From: a virus
IMG/VR virus record: IMGVR_UViG_3300022927_000008
Span: 45,774-109,773 of that record
Length of the DNA stretch: 64,000 nucleotides
Reading direction: 5' to 3' (one strand)
Positions 56,617 through 64,000 of the stretch are shown here, one piece after another (position 1 is the stretch's first letter; the number at the start of each line of letters is the position of its first letter). Below the pieces are notes generated by a model. The model saw nothing but the letters and a program-made list of their open reading frames with translations. It made no database searches and was not told the DNA's origin. Made by a program: the position numbers and the translations under genes.

Positions 56617-57147
56617 TTATATAAATAAATATGTTCCCTTTACCATTTTTGCTCCTCCTCTAACAGCTAATCTACATGAAAAAGTTTTAGTAGAATCATT
56701 ATAAGTAATATTATTATAATCTACAGTGTCATTTCCCAACATTGAATAGGGTTGAGGAGTAGTATAAGTAATATTATTAGGACTAGCGACATTTAAAGGC
56801 GTATATTTAAAACTTGAATGGGTTGAATTGTCAGGTCTAATTATAGCAATTTGTTCAAACCTAATAGGTTGGGTCCCCCCAACAAGATTAGTAAGTGTAT
56901 TAGGTAGTTGGCGGGGCATTACTATCCCTTTTACATGAAGGCCTATAGGGACAAAGTTTAAAGAATCAGGAATAACTTCTAAATACACAATGGGAGTAGT
57001 ACCTGCTGATCCTCCGGCAACGGTATAGTTTATAAAGGCTTTTTGGGTAGTATAGGGTTGCTCAAATGAAGAGGATACATATAACCCCTCCCCACTAACA
57101 TCATTATATGCTATATTTAATTGGTTAAGTGTTTTTAAATTTCCCAT
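56617..57147 (-). CDS. putative virion structural protein
   Basis: Beta-rich; ends KGTYLFI, similar to its neighbour (RGNYLMY). Confidence 0.55.
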   Translation of the reverse strand: MGNLKTLNQLNIAYNDVSGEGLYVSSSFEQPYTTQKAFINYTVAGGSAGTTPIVYLEVIPDSLNFVPIGLHVKGIVMPRQLPNTLTNLVGGTQPIRFEQIAIIRPDNSTHSSFKYTPLNVASPNNITYTTPQPYSMLGNDTVDYNNITYNDSTKTFSCRLAVRGGAKMVKGTYLFI

Positions 57148-57157
57148 AATTTTTAAT

Positions 57158-57775
57158 TTAATACATTAAATAGTTTCCTCTAACTATAAAAGGATCAAGT
57201 TGTTTACTCATCCACCATTTTAATTGAAATGTTTGGTTAAGGTTATTATAAACTATATTAAATGTTTGGGTGGGGTTTCCTGCATTATCATAATAACCAG
57301 CAGGATCTACTGCATTAAATAGATTCCAATCCCCTTCCTCGTTAAAATGGTCTTCTTTAAAACTAAAAGGGTAATTTATACCCTCAGAGGATACAGCTCC
57401 TTCTGTGTATTCATCACCATTACTAGCGTGGGTAACAGCAGATGATATCATTGTAAAAGTAAAAGGACCTGTGTTGAAATTAACACCTATAGGTTCAACA
57501 GAAATAAACATTTCTAATATATTAGCCCCAATTCTATCAGGATCTCCAAAAGCTAAAGCTTGGTCTTCAGCAAAAGTGTTAGCAAATCTATATCTTGAAA
57601 TTTCAAATATAACAGATCCAGTATAATCATTACCAAGGGGGTAATCTTGGTCATTATCAGGGATATAAACTGTATTATAAAAAGACCCATACAAAGGATT
57701 ATATACATAATTTACATTATCATTTATACTAGAACTAGCAATAGCAATTTCATGATATAAAGGGGAATTTATCAT
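57158..57775 (-). CDS. putative virion structural protein
   Basis: Beta-rich ORF in the structural block. Confidence 0.55.
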   Translation of the reverse strand: MINSPLYHEIAIASSSINDNVNYVYNPLYGSFYNTVYIPDNDQDYPLGNDYTGSVIFEISRYRFANTFAEDQALAFGDPDRIGANILEMFISVEPIGVNFNTGPFTFTMISSAVTHASNGDEYTEGAVSSEGINYPFSFKEDHFNEEGDWNLFNAVDPAGYYDNAGNPTQTFNIVYNNLNQTFQLKWWMSKQLDPFIVRGNYLMY

Positions 57776-58476
57776 ATATATTCAATTATAGTTCTTATGT
57801 TTCGTGTACTCCCAGGTGGTGGAACAGTCATAATCCCCGCTATATATATAAAATCATTACTAGATGTGTCTACTTCATTATCTACCATTCCTGATGAAGA
57901 TGGATCTCTTCCTACATAAAAATAAGGGGGGCCTTGAAACATGTTATTATAAAAAAAATATGTAGTAAAATCTGTATTGATGGGGGAGGTTATTAAATTT
58001 AGTTGGAAATTTGTAGGGTTAGTTAACGTAAGATCTGTGGGGGTTGTTACTGAATTGTCTCCTTCTAGTGTAGAAGGGAGTCTTCCTATTATTTCAAAAA
58101 TTGCATTATCATAGAATCCTCCTTGATTATTAGAATTGCTATCGTTATAAAAATACATATACCCTTTAAAAGCTGATCTATAGGGCTTGGTAGAGGTGGT
58201 TCCTTCTTTAATTATGGGGAATTTTGCAAAAATGGATAGGGTTGTTGAATTCGAAGTTATTATTCTATTGCAACAATATTTTTGAGAGGAAAATGGAAAA
58301 ACTCCATCATTTCTGTCTGTAAATGCTGAGGTGTTATCATTGGTGAATTGTTCATGTATTAAGTTAGAGTAATTTAAGGCCTGTATATTACTACCACCAC
58401 CCTCACTTTTAGCAAAAATATACTTACTTTTTTTGGGGTGTAAATTTAGTTTATCAAATACAGGGGAACTACTCAT
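57772..58476 (-). CDS. putative virion structural protein
   Basis: ATGA-coupled start at MSSSP. Confidence 0.55.
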   Translation of the reverse strand: MSSSPVFDKLNLHPKKSKYIFAKSEGGGSNIQALNYSNLIHEQFTNDNTSAFTDRNDGVFPFSSQKYCCNRIITSNSTTLSIFAKFPIIKEGTTSTKPYRSAFKGYMYFYNDSNSNNQGGFYDNAIFEIIGRLPSTLEGDNSVTTPTDLTLTNPTNFQLNLITSPINTDFTTYFFYNNMFQGPPYFYVGRDPSSSGMVDNEVDTSSNDFIYIAGIMTVPPPGSTRNIRTIIEYI

Positions 58477-58958
58477 AACAAAATATATTTTAAACAATAA
58501 TAAACATTATCAATATCATATTGATAAATTTCAAAATTTAAACCCCCATTACTATCAAAAGAACCCGTAACCCTTTTTATGTCATAAATAACCTTATCTT
58601 CGGGATATCTAACATCTTCTACAGTACTGCTTACTAAACTATCTCCTGAACTTGAGTCCCATATTAAAGTGGTACGCATAGCTTGGTGTTGGGTATAAGA
58701 TCCTTGAGTTACGGCATCACATTCAATTCGTGCATATCCAAATTCTCCCGACACATTTTGGGGATAATTAGTAGGATCTAAAGTAATATTAATAGTGTAA
58801 ACTCCGGGACCATCATTAGGACCCGCACATATATATCCTTCATTATTTCTAAGGTCAAATTCTTTTTTTTGGTTATCCCATACCACATAAGAAGAAGGAG
58901 GGGGGCTGCATGCATCAAGTGGTACTATAACATTATGTCTTGTTGTTCCTTGAGCCAT
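58473..58958 (-). CDS. putative virion structural protein
   Basis: Preceded by the ATATTTAT motif. Confidence 0.55.
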   Translation of the reverse strand: MAQGTTRHNVIVPLDACSPPPSSYVVWDNQKKEFDLRNNEGYICAGPNDGPGVYTINITLDPTNYPQNVSGEFGYARIECDAVTQGSYTQHQAMRTTLIWDSSSGDSLVSSTVEDVRYPEDKVIYDIKRVTGSFDSNGGLNFEIYQYDIDNVYYCLKYILL

Positions 58959-58986
58959 TTATTATAAATATTAAAATTATATAGAT

Positions 58987-60099
58987 TTATTCAAATCTAT
59001 CAAGTTCAGCATTATAATTTTGTGTAACTTGATTTGCACTAAGGGCAAAATCATACATTCTTACTATAGCAATTTTTCCTTTAAAATATTGAGATGTATA
59101 TGTTCCTATTCTTACAAGAGGGTTATAGAGCAAAGTTGCTGTAGTGTCAATATTTAATGATGAAAAAGTGTTTGTTAAGGATCCATTTTTGTACACTTTA
59201 ACAGTATTATTAGCACCATCAATAGTTACTACTAAGTGCATCCAAGGTCCAGGGTTCCCTGTAGTTAGGGGTGGGAAAAAATTATTGATGGTATTACTAT
59301 AATTTGTAGTTGAACCTTCGATATTAACTCTAAGATCTCTACCACTAGTACCTTTTTTAGTTAGTCTTACATGTCTAGAGAATGAAGTCATTAGTATTTC
59401 TTCTTCAACATTATTATCACGGTTACGATCTGATGCTAACCATATTTCTATACTAGATGTATTAAGATTTTGAAATCTATATATGGCCGCAGTTGCTTCA
59501 CTTGAGTCGGGGTCAGGGGAAAGATATTTAACAACTCCACCAGTGGCTTGGATAAAATCATCTGTTCCATCCAACCCTAAATATTTAGCACTTCCTGTAG
59601 TATCATATAAAGGACCATTAGCAAATATTGCAGCTAAACTTCCTGTAAGTTCTATTTCAGTACCTCCTGCTATAAGGGGGGTACCTGTACCACCAAGGGG
59701 TAATACGGTATAAGTAGTTCCAGGGTCATAATTATCCAAAGATTGCCATAAGGGTCTATTGGCTTGGGAGGGATTCCCACTAACATTAGGATTAACATCC
59801 CCCCAAAGTTGAGATCCTGAATCTTCAGCATCTAAGTGGAGCATTAGGCCTGTAGTAACATAATCAGGGGTGTTTGAAGAGGGTATAAAAGAATGGGTTC
59901 CTAATAATTCTACATAAGTTTTACCTACTAAACTTTCAGTAACATATGAGGAATTTAAAGCCACATAATTTTGACTTAATAAATTAGTACTACCAATTTG
60001 ACCCTTTAATAAAGTATTTGTAATAAAACCTTGTTGTTCAATTGTAATAAATCCTGTTACAGACTCTGATTTGTATGTTGCATTTAAGTTTAAAGTCAT
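58987..60099 (-). CDS. LamG/concanavalin A-like lectin domain virion protein
   Basis: GLMLHLDA, LDGTDD, WMHLVVT, YKNG, GKIAIVRMYDFALS...QNYNA. Confidence 0.85.
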   Translation of the reverse strand: MTLNLNATYKSESVTGFITIEQQGFITNTLLKGQIGSTNLLSQNYVALNSSYVTESLVGKTYVELLGTHSFIPSSNTPDYVTTGLMLHLDAEDSGSQLWGDVNPNVSGNPSQANRPLWQSLDNYDPGTTYTVLPLGGTGTPLIAGGTEIELTGSLAAIFANGPLYDTTGSAKYLGLDGTDDFIQATGGVVKYLSPDPDSSEATAAIYRFQNLNTSSIEIWLASDRNRDNNVEEEILMTSFSRHVRLTKKGTSGRDLRVNIEGSTTNYSNTINNFFPPLTTGNPGPWMHLVVTIDGANNTVKVYKNGSLTNTFSSLNIDTTATLLYNPLVRIGTYTSQYFKGKIAIVRMYDFALSANQVTQNYNAELDRFE

Positions 60100-61085
60100 G
60101 TTATTCCTGCAACTAAGCCATGAGTAGGAGCAAAGTGTTGATAAACTTGGTTTACTTCGCTGTCTGAAAGGAAACGGTTATATACTAACATTAGTGATGA
60201 TTCAAAACTAGAGGCATCATCATGAGTAGTAACCAGACCCCATGCATTGGTAGAACCAGCGGTTGCAAATTCATAAGTTTTGTCGAAGGTTGCTTGGGTT
60301 TTAATATTAGCACTATATTCAGGATCATCACTCCAATTCCAAGTTACTTGGTTTTTCCCTATAACTTTTATATCAATGTCTTCACCCGCTCCAGACTTTG
60401 CAGTTATTCTTATGACCAACATATGCCATTCTGAAGTGTCGATAAGAAAAGAATCAGTAAAATAATTGTAAACTCTAGGGATAGTACCAGTCATACCTAC
60501 TGGAACATCGACATGTAAATGGTCTGAGTTAGGGTTAGGCCCTCTGCTTATTCTGTATCTTTGATTAGGGCTGCTGGAGGCATTACGGTATATATACTCA
60601 TCGGGGTTTATATTAACATTACGTATCCACATTATATGGGTTACAGGATCTGTGGTTGCGAAATCTAAAGTATTGTTAACATTTATGTTATCCATAAATT
60701 TATTATTATCAAATTTAAAGTACCTTACACTATACTTACCATTTTCGGTAATACCAAAGTCGTTAATAGTAGGATTTTCTGAAGGATTGTTTATATTTTC
60801 AAAAAATAGAGTATAATCATGTTCTTCGGGAGATTGATCTTTATATCGCTTATAGTATCCAATAAAGGTAGTACTTGAAGCATGACCATCATACGTGCTT
60901 AAATTACTACCTGTTGCTTGAGAAACTATAAAAAGGTATAATCCATTTGTAATTAAAGGAACAGGGTCATAAGGGATATCATGTCTTGCTTTTAAGAAAA
61001 CATTTCGACCATGTTGACCTCTAAGTTGGACATTCCTAATATCCCCTTGAAGAAGAATTTTATCTTTACCTAATAAATTACCCAT
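60096..61085 (-). CDS. divergent LamG-like lectin domain protein
   Basis: TNGL, WHML, VYNRFLSDSEVNQVY. Confidence 0.7.
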   Translation of the reverse strand: MGNLLGKDKILLQGDIRNVQLRGQHGRNVFLKARHDIPYDPVPLITNGLYLFIVSQATGSNLSTYDGHASSTTFIGYYKRYKDQSPEEHDYTLFFENINNPSENPTINDFGITENGKYSVRYFKFDNNKFMDNINVNNTLDFATTDPVTHIMWIRNVNINPDEYIYRNASSSPNQRYRISRGPNPNSDHLHVDVPVGMTGTIPRVYNYFTDSFLIDTSEWHMLVIRITAKSGAGEDIDIKVIGKNQVTWNWSDDPEYSANIKTQATFDKTYEFATAGSTNAWGLVTTHDDASSFESSLMLVYNRFLSDSEVNQVYQHFAPTHGLVAGIT

Positions 61086-61091
61086 TTATTT

Positions 61092-61511
61092 TTAGACTCT
61101 TGATGCAGAGGGGAATAAAGCTTTATTTAGGGTAAAGGTACCTCTAGATACTACTACACTATTTTCTCCATTACTATCTGCTAAAACTAATTCATGTTCG
61201 TATGTAGCGTTAATTTCGTCTGCATCAGAATCCAAGTTATCTGTTAACCATCCAAAATCATCTTTAGTTATTGAAACTAAAAATTTATTATCAGGTTGGT
61301 ATGCAATTCCTCCTTCACCACTAAAATCACTAGCTCCAGTTGTTTTTACTATTCTTTTAGTAGTATTTGAATTTGCAATTCCGGTAGGTACAGGGCCCGC
61401 TGACCAATAAGCTTTATAAGTGGATATGTCCCCCACATCAGTAGTAATAGTAAATTGAATAGTGAAAGTATCATATGCATACTTTGTAAAATTTTGATTT
61501 AAAGAAGCCAT
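61092..61511 (-). CDS. BppU-like / baseplate adaptor-type beta-sandwich protein
   Basis: DTFTIQFTI...YEHELVL...SRGTFTL. Confidence 0.55.
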   Translation of the reverse strand: MASLNQNFTKYAYDTFTIQFTITTDVGDISTYKAYWSAGPVPTGIANSNTTKRIVKTTGASDFSGEGGIAYQPDNKFLVSITKDDFGWLTDNLDSDADEINATYEHELVLADSNGENSVVVSRGTFTLNKALFPSASRV

Positions 61512-61539
61512 AATGTTGTAAGTTTTATTTATAAATATT

Positions 61540-64000
61540 TTAAGTTATTGTTACCGATGGAGAAATTACAATTGCGGGATCATCATATTTTCTTACTTGG
61601 AATAAACATTTAAAATCTACATCAAAAGATAAATTATTTGTAAGTTTTACAGTAATATCGTCATCAGCAGGGTTATCTGTTAATTCTACACATATTTCAT
61701 TAATTTTTATTGGGAGGAATCCAACATTAGAGTCTCTTCTAATCCCATTAAAATCTGTTATATCTAAATAATAGGTAACATCATTAGTTCCACTAATATT
61801 AGTAAAGGCATCACACTCTAGTTGTATAGTTAATGCAAGATAACTTGCTCCTGTAGCATTAAATACTATAATTCCTTCTATATGTATGGAATCTTGAGTA
61901 TCAGTGGGAACTATACTAGATATTACTCTACTACCGCCTGAAAATAAAGTAGTTTCAGTAGACCAAACTTCTGATATAGAAGTACCACTAGTACCTGAGG
62001 TACCTGAAGAACCGGAAGTACCGCTTGAGCCTGAAGTACCTGATGAGCCACTAGTACCTGAGGAACCTGATGTACCACTAGAGCCTGAGGTACCTGAAGA
62101 ACCACTAGTACCTGATGAGCCTGAAGTACCTGAGGAACCTGATGTACCGCTTGAACCTGAGGTACCTGAAGAACCACTAGTACCTGAGGAACCTGATGTA
62201 CCACTAGAGCCTGAGGTACCTGAAGAGCCGCTAGTACCTGATGAGCCTGATGTACCTGAGGAACCTGATGTGCCACTAGAGCCTGAAGTACCTGAAGAAC
62301 CACTAGTACCTGAGGAACCTGATGTACCTGAGGAACCTGATGTACCTGAGGAACCTGATGTACCGCTTGAACCTGAGGTACCTGAAGAACCACTAGTACC
62401 TGAGGAACCTGATGTACCTGATGAACCACTGGTACCTGATGAGCCTGAAGTACCACTTGAACCTGAGGTACCTGAGGAACCTGAGGTACCTGAAGAACCA
62501 CTAGTACCTGAGGAACCTGATGTACCTGAGGAACCTGATGTACCGCTTGAACCTGAGGTACCACTAGTACCTGATGAGCCTGAAGTACCACTAGAGCCTG
62601 AGGTACCTGAAGAACCACTAGTACCTGAGGAGCCTGATGTACCACTTGAACCTGAAGTACCTGATGAGCCTGATGTACCTGATGAACCACTGGTACCTGA
62701 TGAACCTGAGGTACCACTTGATCCTGAGGTACCACTGGTACCTGAGGAACCTGATGTACCTGAAGAACCACTAGTACCTGATGAGCCTGATGTACCTGAT
62801 GAGCCTGATGTGCCACTAGTACCTGATGAGCCTGATGTACCTGAGGAACCTGATGTACCTGATGAGCCTGAGGTACCGCTTGAACCTGAAGTACCTGAAG
62901 AACCACTAGTACCTGATGAGCCTGATGTACCTGAGGAACCTGATGTACCGCTTGAACCTGAGGTACCTGATGAACCTGAAGTACCTGATGAACCTGAAGT
63001 ACCTGAGGAACCTGATGTACCACTGGAGCCTGATGAACCTGAAGTACCTGAGGAACCTGATGTACCACTAGAGCCTGATGAGCCTGATGTACCTGATGAA
63101 CCTGATGTACCACTAGAGCCTGAGGAACCTGATGTACCACTGGAGCCTGATGAACCTGAAGTACCTGAGGAACCTGATGTACCACTAGAGCCTGATGAAC
63201 CTGAAGTACCTGAGGAACCTGATGTACCACTGGAGCCTGATGAACCTGATGTACCTGAGGAACCTGATGTACCTGAGGAACCTGATGTACCACTGGAACC
63301 TGATGAACCTGATGTACCTGAGGAACCTGATGTACCTGAGGAACCTGATGTACCACTGGAACCTGATGAACCTGATGTACCTGAGGAACCTGATGTACCA
63401 CTGGAGCCTGATGAACCTGATGTACCTGAGGAACCTGATGTACCTGAGGAACCTGATGTACCACTGGAACCTGATGAACCTGATGTACCTGAGGAACCTG
63501 ATGTACCTGATGAACCTGATGTACCACTAGAGCCTGATGAACCTGATGTACCTGAGGAACCTGAAGTACCTGAGGAACCTGATGTACCGCTTGAACCTGA
63601 GGTACCTGAAGAGCCGCTAGTACCTGAAGAACCACTAGTACCTGAGGAACCTGATGTACCACTAGAGCCTGAGGTACCTGAAGAGCCGCTAGTACCTGAT
63701 GAGCCTGATGTACCTGAGGAACCTGATGTACCACTGGAACCTGATGAACCTGATGTACCACTAGAGCCTGATGAACCTGAAGTACCTGAGGAACCTGATG
63801 TACCACTGGAGCCTGATGAACCTGATGTACCTGATGAACCTGATGTACCTGAGGAACCTGATGTACCACTGGAACCTGATGAACCACTTGTACCTGAAGT
63901 ACCTGATGATCCTGAAGTACCTGATGTACCTGATGAACCACTTGTACCTGAAGTACCTGATGATCCTGAAGTACCTGATGTACCTGATGAACCACTTGTA
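61540..64000 (-). CDS. giant Gly-(Ser/Thr)-Ser repeat fibre protein, 5'-truncated by the window (true frame; replaces track ORF 61923..63995)
   Basis: Frame reads GTSGSSGTSG... through the repeat, then a ~146-aa unique domain ISEVWSTET...PSVTIT ending in TAA at 61540-61542. Confidence 0.9.
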   Translation of the reverse strand, partial: TSGSSGTSGTSGSSGTSGTSGSSGTSGTSGSSGTSGTSGSSGSSGTSGSSGTSGSSGTSGSSGSSGTSGSSGTSGSSGSSGTSGSSGSSGTSGSSGTSGSSGTSGSSGTSGSSGTSGSSGTSGSSGTSGSSGTSGSSGTSGSSGTSGSSGTSGSSGSSGTSGSSGTSGSSGTSGSSGSSGTSGSSGTSGSSGTSGSSGSSGTSGSSGTSGSSGSSGTSGSSGTSGSSGTSGSSGSSGTSGSSGTSGSSGTSGSSGSSGTSGSSGTSGSSGSSGTSGSSGTSGSSGSSGTSGSSGSSGTSGSSGTSGSSGSSGTSGSSGTSGSSGSSGTSGSSGTSGSSGTSGSSGTSGSSGTSGSSGTSGSSGTSGSSGTSGSSGTSGSSGTSGSSGTSGSSGTSGTSGSSGTSGSSGTSGSSGTSGSSGTSGTSGSSGTSGSSGTSGSSGTSGSSGTSGSSGTSGSSGTSGSSGTSGSSGTSGSSGTSGTSGSSGTSGSSGTSGSSGTSGSSGTSGSSGTSGSSGTSGSSGTSGSSGTSGSSGTSGSSGTSGSSGTSGSSGTSGSSGTSGSSGTSGSSGTSGSSGTSGSSGTSGSSGTSGSSGTSGSSGTSGSSGTSGSSGTSGSSGTSGSSGTSGSSGTSGSSGTSGSSGTSGSSGTSGSSGTSGSSGTSGSSGTSGTSGTSISEVWSTETTLFSGGSRVISSIVPTDTQDSIHIEGIIVFNATGASYLALTIQLECDAFTNISGTNDVTYYLDITDFNGIRRDSNVGFLPIKINEICVELTDNPADDDITVKLTNNLSFDVDFKCLFQVRKYDDPAIVISPSVTIT
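61981..64000 (-). repeat. 9-bp-period tandem repeat encoding GTS/GSS triplets (about 224 units in the window)
   Basis: Units such as ACCTGATGT/ACCTGAGGA/ACCACTAGT with synonymous third-position variation. Confidence 0.97.

Noticed and set aside
478-60465. Plus-strand ORFs and short nested minus-strand ORFs in the track
   Set aside because: They lie antisense to, or out of frame within, well-supported minus-strand genes and have no recognisable motifs.
61923-63995. Track ORF of 690 aa (VHQVPQ repeats) and plus-strand ORF 63195..63530 (MYLRNL repeats)
   Set aside because: Shadow frames of the 9-bp repeat. Synonymous variation and continuity into a unique C-terminal domain support the GTS/GSS frame.
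61981-64000. Possible CRISPR array or satellite
   Set aside because: No unique spacers; a continuous 9-bp period that encodes protein.
1-64000. Stop-codon reassignment as in some large Bacteroidota phages
   Set aside because: Conserved genes are full length under code 11, TGA and TAG occur as ordinary gene ends, and no suppressor tRNA is seen.

Overview
This is a 64-kb segment of a large, T4-like (jumbo) lytic bacteriophage. Every credible gene and tRNA lies on the minus strand and genes are densely packed with ATGA overlaps. The host is very probably a Bacteroidota/Flavobacteriia bacterium, judged from TTTGG-N17-CGTATATT promoters resembling Bacteroidota -33/-7 boxes and from type IX secretion C-terminal signals. 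In transcription order (right to left) the window holds: (1) virion fibre and lectin-like genes, including a >819-aa protein with about 670 residues of uninterrupted Gly-(Ser/Thr)-Ser repeats that the ORF track translated in the wrong frame; (2) a GT4-like protein coupled to a TibC/AAH-family protein O-glycosyltransferase; (3) replication and recombination genes (small PolA-like protein, SSB, UvsX, 5'-3' exonuclease, helicase, NrdAB); (4) a probable lysis module; (5) a 7-deazaguanine pathway (TGT/DpdA-like, QueC, QueD, QueE, FolE, plus a phosphoribosyltransferase and a MazG-like enzyme); (6) three secreted T9SS-cargo-like proteins, small outer-membrane barrels and a PiT-like transporter; (7) a family B DNA polymerase split into two genes, clamp and clamp loader, Hsp20, GroES and GroEL; (8) a sugar-modification/glycosyltransferase cluster and a GH16 hydrolase; (9) seven tRNAs, including Ile-UAU and an atypical Cys, interleaved with two large unclassified structured ncRNA candidates. 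The best candidates for undescribed biology are a phage virion O-glycosylation system (BAHT-family transferase plus Gly-Ser-Thr fibre), phage-encoded T9SS cargo, and the tRNA-embedded ncRNAs. All calls come from motif recognition by eye; no searches were run.
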